Below the pieces are notes generated by a model. The model saw nothing but the letters and a program-made list of their open reading frames with translations. It searched no databases and was not told the DNA's origin. Both the position numbers and the translations under genes were made by a program. From contig JAOUGE010000001.1 in assembly GCA_029865605.1 (NCBI GenBank), positions 19,840 to 83,839 of the forward strand: 64,000 bases of DNA. The letters run 5' to 3'. The DNA is from Candidatus Berkelbacteria bacterium (GTDB lineage Bacteria; Patescibacteriota; UBA1384; DTJR01). Shown here one piece after another: positions 47,704-58,329 of the stretch (position 1 is the first letter of the stretch; every line of letters starts with the position of its first letter).

Positions 47704-49218
47704 CTAGGCAGCGATCTTTTTTTCTTGTGGTTGCGCCTTGCCGGTTGAGCCAATGATATTCGTTGGTGCTGCGGGGGACAGACCGGCTTTTTTCCCTGTT
47801 AAAAAGTCCCAGATCGCTACGATTGGGTTCTCCGGCTTTGCCGCCGGCGCCGTATCCTCTTTGCCGGCGGGGAAACCTGCCGCCGGCGCGGGTGGATATT
47901 CGTAGTCATCTTCAAAATAATATTCATCAATATAGATCTCTTCAACCCCTTGCGGGATGCCGCTAGCAATATTTTTGCCTCTTTCGGCGAAGCGCTCCTG
48001 GAGATGCTTAAACCAGAGATTATTGGCCCGCAGGAGCGCTGAGAACTCTTCTTTATCAGAAATAGCAGCGAGAATTTCTTGGGGAGTGGCGGTGTCGGGC
48101 AAACCGTATTTGGCGCAAAATTCTTCTCTTGTGCTGCAGCCGGCGCGCGTTTTTAGGTAATCGACAACCGCCCCTGGCTCGGCAAATTGAAGGCGGCGGG
48201 CAAGATAAGTTTGTTCGCTTTTGCCGTATTCTAAAAAGTAAGAGGTCATTTCCGCAACTAGCTCTCGAGCGACCTGGATTTTTTCTCGGCCTTGTTTGTC
48301 TGGGTCCAGGTCTTTAATTGCTTCTAACCGGCTGCGGATATATCTGCTCCAAATAGTTGAATGTTCATTGGGATCGCGCAAAACTTTTAAGATTTCTGCC
48401 AGCGCCGGGGCTACTCGAGCCATCGCATCGATATTTTCTTGAGTTGGGTATTGTGCCGCTTCTAAAAACTGAAAATAAGCTTCCTGCGGCCAAATATCAC
48501 CTGATTCGCAGAGGATATGGGAGATTTCGTGGCGGACATGATGGGCTTTGGCATCTGGTCCTTCGTTTTCGAAAAATACACCGTAGAAGTAAATCGTTGC
48601 CTGCCCGCCTTCAATGGTGTAGTAAGCAGCCGCCTTGGCCGGATCAAAGCTTTGTTCTTGAAATTCTTGCCCCGGGGTTTTCTTAATCTCAATCGCGCTT
48701 ATCTTTGAAAGAAGCTTTTCAGCTGTCATATGACCGGAGAATATAATACTGTATAAACCCTCCCGAACGCCGATTATCGCCTCTTCAATTTTTTCCGGTT
48801 TGGCATCAGGAAACTCTGTCGAGATTCTTTCTTTGAGAGGAGCGACTATTCTTTGTTCAATAAGGATAATGTCATCGGCTAGCTCTTGAGCTTCGGCGGA
48901 TTCGAACCGTCCCTCGGCTTTCTTCTTCTCAAAGTAGCCAGCGAGCGCTCCATCAAGACCTTCTTGTGAGAACTGATCGATGCTTTTTGCCAACTCTCTC
49001 GGCTCGCTCTGTCCCGCCTCGTAGCAGCTGCTGTCTATTATTTCCTCGTCAACTGCCGCTCCCGGCTCCGCAGGCTCTGGCGGGGCTTCTGTTTCCCTAA
49101 AAGCCTCCTCCCGCTTCCTGGCAAGCTCTTCTTGGGGCGTTATGTCGCGAGGTTCTTGTTCTTCGGGTGGTTTCATATTACCCTTACTTCGTTGCCGCTT
49201 GGGTGATTGTTTGCTCAA
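47704..49218 (-). CDS. Hypothetical protein with an HEXXH zincin-like motif
   Basis: HHVRHEISH with downstream ELVAE. Confidence 0.7.
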   Translation of the reverse strand: MSKQSPKRQRSKGNMKPPEEQEPRDITPQEELARKREEAFRETEAPPEPAEPGAAVDEEIIDSSCYEAGQSEPRELAKSIDQFSQEGLDGALAGYFEKKKAEGRFESAEAQELADDIILIEQRIVAPLKERISTEFPDAKPEKIEEAIIGVREGLYSIIFSGHMTAEKLLSKISAIEIKKTPGQEFQEQSFDPAKAAAYYTIEGGQATIYFYGVFFENEGPDAKAHHVRHEISHILCESGDIWPQEAYFQFLEAAQYPTQENIDAMARVAPALAEILKVLRDPNEHSTIWSRYIRSRLEAIKDLDPDKQGREKIQVARELVAEMTSYFLEYGKSEQTYLARRLQFAEPGAVVDYLKTRAGCSTREEFCAKYGLPDTATPQEILAAISDKEEFSALLRANNLWFKHLQERFAERGKNIASGIPQGVEEIYIDEYYFEDDYEYPPAPAAGFPAGKEDTAPAAKPENPIVAIWDFLTGKKAGLSPAAPTNIIGSTGKAQPQEKKIAA

Positions 49219-52102
49219 CTGAAGGACTTTCTACTTTTGGCGCTTCGTCTGATTTTTGGCCAGCTGTTTTGTCTGGGCTTGCAGGCGCAGCCTTTTCTTC
49301 TTCTAGACCAACCGAAGCTTTGGCGATTTTTTCTTTGACTTTATCTTCGACCGACTTTAGAGCGTCAGCGGGATTTTGAACCAAACTGTCTTTATTTACT
49401 TTTGCCTCGATTAGATAATCAACTGATTCCAACGCTCCCTTAACTTTTTCTTTTAGCTTTTCGATGTCGCCCTCTTGGGGGGTAACTCCAAGCTTAACTG
49501 TGGCAACGGGATGATATTTATCAACAGTTTTGGATATTTCTTGGACTTGCTGGGGGGAGATGGGTTTTGAGAGTCGGTTTAACGACTGCTCAAGGGTGTT
49601 TTTAATTTGGCTTAGATCTAGACTGGGATTTGATTTTAAGTCCTGGGTCACTTTTTGCGTTACTCCTCGGGCAAGAGAGAGCTTTTCTTCGCTAACAAGA
49701 TTTGAAATTTCTGAATTGAGCGAACCGGCTAGATCTCGGGTGACAAAACCTTCGCGCAAGTTCCCAATGGTTGTTGGGGTCTGGTTGGGTTTGGGGATAT
49801 ACGATATGGCTTGGAGATGGGTAATTTGAGGGTTTTGGGATACGGCGGTGGAAATCTGTTTGTTAACCCCGGAACGCTGTAGGGCGGAGGCAATGTCGGT
49901 TTGGCTGGCTTTTTGGATTTGAGAGAGACGTCTTAAGAAATAATCACCGTGTTTTTCGATTCCCTCAGCGGATATATTTTTAATTTGGTCTGTAATCATT
50001 CTGACTAAGGGTGGAGAGGGGGGGGAGCTGACCTGGGGTGACAAAGAAGCTCTTTCGATTAATCCAGCAATATCTTTAAATCCGGTTGAATAATCAAGAT
50101 GATCTTGGGTGATTTGGTTATTTACCTCTCGCTGGCTTGAAAACCTGAGATTTCTCGTTTCGATGGTTTGAAGCTGTTGGAAGACCCTTTCTGTCTGATT
50201 CTTGAAGGTTGGGGCGAGGTCAGGTTTTGTTAAGATTCCGTCTTGGAGAGCTTTTTTGATGACAGGATAGGAAACGTTGCCCAAAGCGCCCTTTTGGGCG
50301 AGTAGTTTTAAGGCATCAGGATTTTTAATCGTGCCGTTTTCGACTGCTTCGGATAGTCTGACTAATTTTCGGGCCGAATCGGCTCTAATTGCTGCTCCCT
50401 GATCATCAAGAATCTGGCCATTTTGGTTTTTGAGCTGTTCGACGAGGCGCGTGTCTCGCCAGAGTTGAAGATCGCTTTTGTCGACAACTGCTTTGAAAAC
50501 TTCGGGGGACAGGTCGGCGACAGAACGAGCCAAGAGATTAGTTGGGCGGGAGAGGTTGGTTTGGTTAGCGCGCGACAGGACGTTTGCCAGCTCCGGCAAA
50601 GCGGTGCGAGCGATAAACTGCTCGGTTTTTATCCCCTCAACCTGCCTCTGGCGCTCACGTGTTGTTATCCGGGCGAATCTAGTCGAGGTGTCAGCGACGA
50701 TTTTCTTGGTCAGCTGAGAGCTGAAAATCCTGTCTGTGGCGGCTGCGGGCTGAGAAATCGGTTTTTTAGGCTCAAGCGCCGCGGCTAGTCGGCCAATGCC
50801 AAGCGATGCGCCGAAGCTGGTTCTGGAAAGAGCAACGGTTAGGCGTCTCAAATCGCTTTCGACTGTAAAGGGCAAGCGCACGAGAATAGCGATGACGGCG
50901 ATTTTGAAGACCCATAAGGCAAGGAAGGAAACCGCATTACCATCTTCCCAGTGGGCGGCAGGAAAGGCATTCAAAATGAAAAAGGCGAAATTGACGATAG
51001 GGGCGTAAAAAAGAGCAATTAATAGGTATGAGAGCCACTTTCGAAAGATGACTTGGGTTTGGGGTAAGATTAGGCAGGCAAAAGCGATTGGGGCAGTTAC
51101 AGTTAAAAATCCAACTGCGAAGGCTCTTAGAGCTAGAACATATTCAAACATAATTACTATAAGTGATGGGATGACGAGAAGAATTGTGCCAAAAAGACCA
51201 GTGATAAACGAGGCAGTTTGGGCGGAAGCAGCACTGATACCCAAGAGTTTTCCGCCGACATTAAAAACTAGACTAAGAGAATCCTGCAGACTGCTAGATG
51301 CGGTGAGTGGTCCGCCAAATATGTTTAGCATCGGATGAAATGCCTGCTGGGGGGCGAAGGGAGAAATTGTGTACATAAAGTCTATCAGTCTCGAGATAAT
51401 GAAAATGGCGTAAATTGAAAGCCAAGCACCGATGACCGCCAAAACGACCGTCGGCAGCATTTTTTTGATCGAATATGAGCTTACCTCGATATGCAGGATT
51501 TTGGCGAACGCGAGAATAATAATGGCGATAAAAACTAAGACTGAAACGATATTTCTGATTAAAGCAAAAGCGGAGGGAACTTGGGTGGGTTCGGTAGCGG
51601 AGGTCGTAGTTGGGGTTGGAGCGATAAGCCCGCCAGTACCCGTTTCGGGGTTAAGGGTCAAGCTATTGGTTAGTTGAGAGGTTTCAGTTATTGAAAACGC
51701 CCTACTTTCGGGAGTGCATCCTCCTCTACTTCTTGTAAAATGGATGTCTCGCCAATAGTTGCCTGCATTGCCGACGGTCTGGATGCTGCAGGTTATTTCA
51801 GTAGCTAAGTTCGAAACGGAGAGGGCGATTACTTTGGTCAGATCGCAAATGGTAGTGCGATAAATATTGGTTGGATCGCCATGAAAAAGGTTTTCGCAGA
51901 TTGTTTCGGGATCAGTGGAAGCAAGGGTCCCCCCCAGAGCAGCCTCGCCGCCACCCGTACCCGTGGTTGTGCCTCCTCCAGGATTATTCCAGTTTTTCGC
52001 ACTCGAAGTTCCGGGCAGAAAAATGAGCGTGCTGATGAAAACTAAATAAAAAGCGCCTTTGATGAGTTTTGATTTTATTTGAGAAATTTTGTGCCGTTTC
52101 AT
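49184..52102 (-). CDS. Extended VirB6/TrbL-like polytopic membrane protein
   Basis: Signal peptide; TM core with LALR..APIAFACLILPQT..FRKW; about 550-aa C-terminal extension. Confidence 0.75.
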   Translation of the reverse strand: MKRHKISQIKSKLIKGAFYLVFISTLIFLPGTSSAKNWNNPGGGTTTGTGGGEAALGGTLASTDPETICENLFHGDPTNIYRTTICDLTKVIALSVSNLATEITCSIQTVGNAGNYWRDIHFTRSRGGCTPESRAFSITETSQLTNSLTLNPETGTGGLIAPTPTTTSATEPTQVPSAFALIRNIVSVLVFIAIIILAFAKILHIEVSSYSIKKMLPTVVLAVIGAWLSIYAIFIISRLIDFMYTISPFAPQQAFHPMLNIFGGPLTASSSLQDSLSLVFNVGGKLLGISAASAQTASFITGLFGTILLVIPSLIVIMFEYVLALRAFAVGFLTVTAPIAFACLILPQTQVIFRKWLSYLLIALFYAPIVNFAFFILNAFPAAHWEDGNAVSFLALWVFKIAVIAILVRLPFTVESDLRRLTVALSRTSFGASLGIGRLAAALEPKKPISQPAAATDRIFSSQLTKKIVADTSTRFARITTRERQRQVEGIKTEQFIARTALPELANVLSRANQTNLSRPTNLLARSVADLSPEVFKAVVDKSDLQLWRDTRLVEQLKNQNGQILDDQGAAIRADSARKLVRLSEAVENGTIKNPDALKLLAQKGALGNVSYPVIKKALQDGILTKPDLAPTFKNQTERVFQQLQTIETRNLRFSSQREVNNQITQDHLDYSTGFKDIAGLIERASLSPQVSSPPSPPLVRMITDQIKNISAEGIEKHGDYFLRRLSQIQKASQTDIASALQRSGVNKQISTAVSQNPQITHLQAISYIPKPNQTPTTIGNLREGFVTRDLAGSLNSEISNLVSEEKLSLARGVTQKVTQDLKSNPSLDLSQIKNTLEQSLNRLSKPISPQQVQEISKTVDKYHPVATVKLGVTPQEGDIEKLKEKVKGALESVDYLIEAKVNKDSLVQNPADALKSVEDKVKEKIAKASVGLEEEKAAPASPDKTAGQKSDEAPKVESPSVEQTITQAATK

Positions 52103-52148
52103 TTGGAAAAATAAGTTTGGAATAAGCTGCTAAGGAATGAAAAACTTA

Positions 52149-53030
52149 CTAGCTGGAAAAATCAGTACCCGCTCCTGGGGCGATAAAGTAATAAACGAAA
52201 GCTAAGGCAGCAACTACTAATGAGACAAAAATAAGCAAGAGTAATTTCCAATGCCTTGCTGCCCAACCGGCGGCGGCTGTTGCCGCTGTGACAGCAGCTG
52301 CTATTAGTAACGAAATGCCGGCTGACTCTGGTGCAGCTGCTGCGCCAGCCGCCGCCGCCGTGCCCTCAACTGCTCCTTCGGCTGCGACTTCACCGCCCGT
52401 CATGGCTGCGGTGGCAGCGGCGCTGGTGGCCACGTCTGTAGCTACGCCGGTGCCTGCTTTTTCCGCGGTTTTTTCTCCTACCTGAGCTCCAGTGCGAACT
52501 CCGGTTTGAGCAAGGTTTGTTGCCGGGCTCACAGGAGTTACGGGTGGTTCAGCCGGTGATGGGGCAGGGCCTCCTGCTGGCGCTTCTGGGGCTGTCGGCT
52601 CCGGTGCTGCGGGTTCTGGCGCGGCCGGCTCGGCGGTTCCTCCTTCGGGAGGTCCACCGGCTTCAGGAGCGGGCGCTTCGGCCGGCTCCGGTCCTATGCC
52701 TTCAGTTGGCTCCGGTTGGACTGGGGGAGTTTCCGGTACCACCTCTCCTTCGGGTGCTTCGGCCTGCCCCTCTGCTGGGGGTGGTTGTCCTTCGGCAGTT
52801 TCCGGCGGAGCTTCAGCACCTTCAGTTGGCTCTTTTTCGGCCCCTTCGGCTTCACCCTCTCCTGTTTTCTCTTCTTCCTTGCCAGTAAATTTTTCTTTTA
52901 GCTTTTCGTAGTCCTCTTTGCCCTGTCGAATTTTCTCAATCGGCGACTCTTGGTCGCGTTGTTCTTGAGGCACCTCTTCTTCCTGTGAAGGGGCGGTTTG
53001 TATCTTGCTTGGGTCTTCTAGAATTGCCAT
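52149..53030 (-). CDS. Pro/Glu/Ala-rich protein with a C-terminal membrane anchor
   Basis: Acidic disordered N-terminus, Ala-rich helix, TM helix. Confidence 0.7.
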   Translation of the reverse strand: MAILEDPSKIQTAPSQEEEVPQEQRDQESPIEKIRQGKEDYEKLKEKFTGKEEEKTGEGEAEGAEKEPTEGAEAPPETAEGQPPPAEGQAEAPEGEVVPETPPVQPEPTEGIGPEPAEAPAPEAGGPPEGGTAEPAAPEPAAPEPTAPEAPAGGPAPSPAEPPVTPVSPATNLAQTGVRTGAQVGEKTAEKAGTGVATDVATSAAATAAMTGGEVAAEGAVEGTAAAAGAAAAPESAGISLLIAAAVTAATAAAGWAARHWKLLLLIFVSLVVAALAFVYYFIAPGAGTDFSS

Positions 53031-53031
53031 T

Positions 53032-53436
53032 TTATTGTTTAGGTTGGATCTCTCTTTGGGCTTGTTGGAAATAAAACTCGATTACCATTGGTGCATAGTA
53101 TTGAATAGGGGTGAGAACATTTTCTTCGGATAGCTGGATAAGGGCAATGATTTCGTCAGCAGTAGCGTTGACTACTCTATCTTGAATAGCAACGCCTGAC
53201 CTTCTCCACCAAGGGCCATATTGCAGCTCAAGGTGGGGGCGGGCAACCGCGAAAATTTTGACTTTAAGTTCGTTTGTCTCTTGGGGAGTCAGCGGTTTTT
53301 CTTTGCGGCTGGTGCGGTTCTTAGCTTTTACTCTTAAATCCTCGCAAAAGACAGCAAGTTCTTGAGTTTCGGTATCTCTCTCAACCTGAAGGGAAGCGCG
53401 ATAAGCTATTTGTTTTGGATCTTTGATAATTTCCAT
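53032..53436 (-). CDS. Hypothetical protein
   Basis: 134-aa ORF tightly packed in the operon. Confidence 0.7.
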   Translation of the reverse strand: MEIIKDPKQIAYRASLQVERDTETQELAVFCEDLRVKAKNRTSRKEKPLTPQETNELKVKIFAVARPHLELQYGPWWRRSGVAIQDRVVNATADEIIALIQLSEENVLTPIQYYAPMVIEFYFQQAQREIQPKQ

Positions 53437-53438
53437 TT

Positions 53439-56171
53439 TTAGGTTGGATTAATGGGGTTGCGCTGAGCCATTAATTCTAATCCTTGGGCGACTCTGGCAG
53501 CCATTTCCGGTGTGATAGTTTCTCCTTCAATGCCGGCATGGCTGCCGATTAAAACTTTGGCTTTCTTTAACTGGTCGGGAGAGACGCCGGCTGGTTGAGC
53601 AACCGTTCTGCAGGCCTCAACTGTTTGTTGAACCATTTCGACTGAAATGTCGGGTCGAGCAGCAATCTTTTCGGCGATTCTGGCAGAAAGTTGGGCGCCT
53701 TCTTCGGATCCGAAAAGGGTCAATTGTTGTTTTCGAGAATCAGTGAATTGTCTGACAATTTGAGCCACGTTTTCGCTTCCACCGAACTCAGCTGTAACTC
53801 GTCCCAACAACCTGTCTCTGTCGGAATCCGAGCCGTCGGTTTGGTGGATATCTCTAATTAAAGTTTCCACCTGCTGGGGATCTTGCGAAGCTAGCTCTGC
53901 TCTGATTTGACCGAGCATGCCTACTCTTCTTGTAGAAAGGTTTAGGAGCTCTATAATTTTCCTTTCGGCGGGGGTGAATGGTTGGGCATAGCCGGTTGGT
54001 CTGCCAACTCCTCCGGCACCGGTCGTCCCAACGGCCCCGGATGGACCCCTGCTGAGCCCGAGGATAACACGCTCATTGTTTCTCTCTGCCTCCTCTCTTA
54101 GGGTTCTGCGTTCCTCGGCGCTCCGGTAGCCTCTGGCCTCTGAAGCGGCTAAACTTCTCTGGCGGTCAAACCCTTCGACAACTGCTGCAAAATGTGACGG
54201 TATCACTCCTCCCTTCTTCGCTGCACCGCCAAGGTTGTTTAGATATTCTGATGCTGACGCTTGCTCCTGATATAATCTCTGAAGATCAGCGTGCAGCATC
54301 TGCATTGCTGCCTCTAGACTGCTTAGGCCCTTTTCTTTCATGTAGCCTTTTGCTAGTTTTTCGAAGCCTAGGCCGTAATTGCTACCCCTTAAGGCCTCGA
54401 GAGTGTAGATGTGGCTTAAATCCTCTCTTTGAATTGCCTGCTGGTGTTTAAAATAAGTTTCTTGACCGGCCAGAAATCTGGTTACCTCGGATGTTTTCCA
54501 AGGAGCTTTATCCATATTTTTACTATAGACGTCAGCCCTTTCGCGAAGGGCGGCAACCGCCCCGTAAGGGTTGAATTTTTGAGCCGTGAATAATGCTTTG
54601 TGAAGTTTGCCTCTCCAGCCACCCTCTCCTCTTACTGTGGCTATAGCAGCTTCTCCGCCAAGTTCAGTGGCCGTTTTAGCGTTAACTTGGGCTTCGTGTC
54701 GTTCTTCAAACCTGGCATTAAATCTTCTCCTATAATCTCGCCTATTGGCTGGATTCTTAAGGTAGTTTGCCAATTCATCTCTACTGTCGAAACCGAGCCG
54801 GTCCATTTCCTCTTTCTGGAAATCATCTATATTTGCTTTTTTAAACCTCTTTTTTGCTTCTTCCTTCTCTCTGTCCATTTCCCTCATCATTCTTGCTTGG
54901 TGGGCTGGATCAGTTTCGATTATTCTGGACTCGTTCTCTCGCGCGCTTGGGTTCGCTTTTTCGTATTCTTCTACTGTTTGGCCGGCTGCTTGAGCATCGT
55001 GAGCGATTCTAGCGTCTACAACCCGACCAACATAACTTTTTTTAAAGAGCTCTACCCTTTTAGCTGCTTTGCCTGAGGGATCAAGTTTTTGGAAAGCCGC
55101 AACGGCTTTCTTTCCAGCCCCGGTTGCCAGCATTTTATTCCAAGCATATGGACCCGCTCCCATTGCGAACCCGGCTCCTTTCCAGCCGGCGCTGCCGGCC
55201 ATCCTCCCGACCGCGGCAGTTATTCCACCAATATCCTTCTCCCACATAAATGGGGCTCTGATCGCCATTATAAGTATCCAGATTTTAACGGCGAGGGGGA
55301 TAATGAAGCCAATAATTTTTGACGTTATTCCGGCCCCGGCTACTCCACCTAGCGATGGGATCATCAGCGCAAGGTGGACCAATCCCCAGACAATTAGAGG
55401 ATAAAAAAGCCAAAAAAGGACTATTTTAAGCCATCTCCTGAAGAGGCCTTCGGTCTGGGGAAGAATGTAGCAACCAAGGGCAAGGGGTGCGATTGCCGCG
55501 CCAAGAATAACAACCCATCCCCTAAGAGCTAGTAAAAAGTTAAGGATGAAAAACAAGAGAATGGGAAATCCCACAAAAAGAGCAACGCAACAACCAACGA
55601 AGATATTGAGACCCGGGACCGCTAGACCGGAAAAAAGCATTGCTGCGAGAGAGGCAACTCCCCAGCTTGCAAACCCAGCTGCAGCCCCACCGCCTGCTGC
55701 ACCCAAAAGGATTGAAGGCGAAGCCAAACTAATTGGCTTAAAAATGTTTAACGAACCAAGCTGATCGACGACTGCCGAGAGAATTGCAAAAATAGGCATG
55801 GCAAGATGAGCAACAAGTAACGCAATGAGCACTTTGGGTAGCACGGCTTTAATCTGATATGTGTTGATGTTCCAATGTAAAATGTTGGCCAGCGCGATCA
55901 GGATTAAAACTATAAAAACAAAAATATCGACAAAGCCCAGACAGAGTTTGTAGATTGTGTTGATTTTAGGACTGATGGTGTTTCTATTTGATAATGTCTG
56001 GGTCACATAACTCGGAGAGCCGGATGAGTAAGCGTAGGTTTTTGAGACAAGGGAAATTGTAGCAGAAGAGTCAACCGATGATGATTCGCCCAAGGTGTTT
56101 ATAGATATATTAAAGGTAAATAGAACGAGGACTATTACTATAAGCCATTTAATCACTGAAATTTTTTTCAT
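53439..56171 (-). CDS. Extended VirB6/TrbL-like polytopic membrane protein
   Basis: LLALR..APLALGCYILPQTEGLFRRW; long charged C-terminal extension; paralog of 49184-52102. Confidence 0.75.
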   Translation of the reverse strand: MKKISVIKWLIVIVLVLFTFNISINTLGESSSVDSSATISLVSKTYAYSSGSPSYVTQTLSNRNTISPKINTIYKLCLGFVDIFVFIVLILIALANILHWNINTYQIKAVLPKVLIALLVAHLAMPIFAILSAVVDQLGSLNIFKPISLASPSILLGAAGGGAAAGFASWGVASLAAMLFSGLAVPGLNIFVGCCVALFVGFPILLFFILNFLLALRGWVVILGAAIAPLALGCYILPQTEGLFRRWLKIVLFWLFYPLIVWGLVHLALMIPSLGGVAGAGITSKIIGFIIPLAVKIWILIMAIRAPFMWEKDIGGITAAVGRMAGSAGWKGAGFAMGAGPYAWNKMLATGAGKKAVAAFQKLDPSGKAAKRVELFKKSYVGRVVDARIAHDAQAAGQTVEEYEKANPSARENESRIIETDPAHQARMMREMDREKEEAKKRFKKANIDDFQKEEMDRLGFDSRDELANYLKNPANRRDYRRRFNARFEERHEAQVNAKTATELGGEAAIATVRGEGGWRGKLHKALFTAQKFNPYGAVAALRERADVYSKNMDKAPWKTSEVTRFLAGQETYFKHQQAIQREDLSHIYTLEALRGSNYGLGFEKLAKGYMKEKGLSSLEAAMQMLHADLQRLYQEQASASEYLNNLGGAAKKGGVIPSHFAAVVEGFDRQRSLAASEARGYRSAEERRTLREEAERNNERVILGLSRGPSGAVGTTGAGGVGRPTGYAQPFTPAERKIIELLNLSTRRVGMLGQIRAELASQDPQQVETLIRDIHQTDGSDSDRDRLLGRVTAEFGGSENVAQIVRQFTDSRKQQLTLFGSEEGAQLSARIAEKIAARPDISVEMVQQTVEACRTVAQPAGVSPDQLKKAKVLIGSHAGIEGETITPEMAARVAQGLELMAQRNPINPT

Positions 56172-56746
56172 TTTCTATCTGTTATTATGCATTCGCCATT
56201 TTTATACTCGACTTTTATATCAGGGGAATAATTAGCTTGGAGGGCCGAGGAGGCAAAGAGGCAGTTAAGATAATTTAGGGGGCCGATAATCTGATTGTTA
56301 AAGAAATCAAAAGCATTGCAAACCATTTTTTCTAGCGGATTATCCCAGCTGTCCTTAAGGCCTGACAGCTGGCAGAGGGTTTTGCCGGCAATCTGCCGGC
56401 GGACATTTTCGTCAAGTGAAACTGTGGCAATGGGAGAAGGTCTGATTTTTGTCCAGTCCAAATCGCCGATGGACATTGCTGCGGCGGGTGATGGAATCGG
56501 CTGGAGGATGACGCCAGAGATCGTTGGCGAAGGCGATAAAGTAGCGCCAGCAGCCCCACCGCCGCCGCTAGGTTGAGGCAATTGCTCATAAGTTAAGGGC
56601 TCGTCGGTCTGGATCGGCTCGTCTTGAGAAGCCGCTTCTTCTTGGGTTCTCCTGCCTTGAATTACGGCAAATACAATAACGATTATGATCACTGAGATAA
56701 CACCAACAACTATCAGGACTACTTTGCTATTTAATCTAGCAAACAA
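56168..56746 (-). CDS. Membrane-anchored protein with a Cys-containing C-terminal domain
   Basis: TTG start after aggagg; N-terminal TM helix; first gene of the operon. Confidence 0.7.
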   Translation of the reverse strand: MFARLNSKVVLIVVGVISVIIIVIVFAVIQGRRTQEEAASQDEPIQTDEPLTYEQLPQPSGGGGAAGATLSPSPTISGVILQPIPSPAAAMSIGDLDWTKIRPSPIATVSLDENVRRQIAGKTLCQLSGLKDSWDNPLEKMVCNAFDFFNNQIIGPLNYLNCLFASSALQANYSPDIKVEYKNGECIITDRK

Positions 56747-56859
56747 AATCCCTCCTTTGCTGCTTCTATTATATCAAAGGGAATTTTAAAAAGATATTCT
56801 TGAGAAAAGGAGAGAAAGCGGGTATTATTAGCAAGAAATTTTCAGTTGGAAAATGATTT

Positions 56860-58329
56860 ATGAATTATACCCGCAAAGTTGCGTTTAATACTGCCGCCCA
56901 GATGCTGGGCAAGGTTTTGGGCACAGCTATCTCGATCGCGACGGTTGCTGCTTTGTTTCGCTATTTCGGCGTTGAGGGGATGGGCAAATATACAACCGTC
57001 TTTGCCTTTGTCGCTTTTTTCTCTGTATTCGCCGACTTTGGCCTTCAATGGACTTTAATTCGCGAACTGGCCATTAATCCTGATCACGATAAGGTCTTTA
57101 AGAATATTTTTACTTTCAGGTTATTTTTGGCGATTTTTATCCACTCGATCTCTTTTGCCGCAGTTTGGTTTTTTAACTATCCCCTTGAGGTCAAACTGGG
57201 CGTTGGGGTAATTAATCTCGCCTGGTTCTTCATTACGATGAATACAACCCTCGTTGGGGTATTTTTGAACAATTACCGGATGGATATCTCGGTGGCCAAC
57301 GAGATTTTAGGGAGGGTTTTTATTCTGATTTTGGTTATTGTGACTACCAAGCTAAAGTTGCCATTCGTTTATGTTATTTCTGCCTATCTTATTGGTGATG
57401 TGATTAATTTTGTTTCCAATTTTATTTTCGCCAGGCGCTATGTCCGTCCCGGTTTCAGGGTAGAGTTTCCTTATTGGAGGAGAGTGGTTGGCCAGGCTCT
57501 CCCAATTGGCATAGCTTTGGTTTTTCATTTTATCTATTTTAAGATTGACTCCTTGATGTTGTCGGTCATGAAGCCGATGGTTGATGTCGGGATTTATGGG
57601 ACAGCCTATAAACTCTTAGAAGTTTTGGAGACTGTCCCGGCGATGTTCTTGGGGGCGGCATTTCCGCTAGTAACAAGGTATGCTATTACAAAGGATAGAC
57701 GACTAAACGAAGCCTTCCAGAAGCAGTTTGATTTTCTCGTTTTGCTGGCGGTGCCAATCGTTACGGGAACGTTTGTTTTGGCAGAGCCGATCATTAGGTT
57801 TATTGGTGGATCGAGGGGGGGGGAGTTCGTCAGCGCCTCGACCGTTTCTTTATTTTCTCATCCGATAACTTCGGTAACCTGTCTTAAAGTTCTAATTTTT
57901 GCCGTCGGTATTAGTTTTATTTCCCAACTATATTCTTATATGATTGTTTCGCTTGGCCGCCAAAGAGCAATGATAATCCCAACGATTTCTTTTGCCCTTT
58001 TTAATATTGTTTTAAACTTGATACTTATCCCCAAAATAAGCTATATTGGGACTTCGATCGCGACTATTATAACTGAAGTGATTGTCGCCATAGTCGTCTA
58101 TATGATTTTCAAAAAATTTATTCATCTGCCGATAAAGCTGGCAAGATCGTTTAGGGTTTTACTGGCAGGAGTTTTGATGGGATTGGTCGTTTGGTGGCTA
58201 AATAGTCTCAGTTTGAATTTATTTGTTAATCTTACGATTGCAGTCTTGCTCTATGTCGGGTTGGTTTTTGCTCTGCGGGCGGTAACAAAGGAAATGGTTA
58301 CGGAAATTATCAGACGGAAGGAAGTTTAG
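56860..58329 (+). CDS. wzx: Wzx-type flippase
   Basis: DFGL..LIRE, KIDSLML, VGIYGTAYK, LNLILIP; many TM helices. Confidence 0.9.
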   Translation: MNYTRKVAFNTAAQMLGKVLGTAISIATVAALFRYFGVEGMGKYTTVFAFVAFFSVFADFGLQWTLIRELAINPDHDKVFKNIFTFRLFLAIFIHSISFAAVWFFNYPLEVKLGVGVINLAWFFITMNTTLVGVFLNNYRMDISVANEILGRVFILILVIVTTKLKLPFVYVISAYLIGDVINFVSNFIFARRYVRPGFRVEFPYWRRVVGQALPIGIALVFHFIYFKIDSLMLSVMKPMVDVGIYGTAYKLLEVLETVPAMFLGAAFPLVTRYAITKDRRLNEAFQKQFDFLVLLAVPIVTGTFVLAEPIIRFIGGSRGGEFVSASTVSLFSHPITSVTCLKVLIFAVGISFISQLYSYMIVSLGRQRAMIIPTISFALFNIVLNLILIPKISYIGTSIATIITEVIVAIVVYMIFKKFIHLPIKLARSFRVLLAGVLMGLVVWWLNSLSLNLFVNLTIAVLLYVGLVFALRAVTKEMVTEIIRRKEV

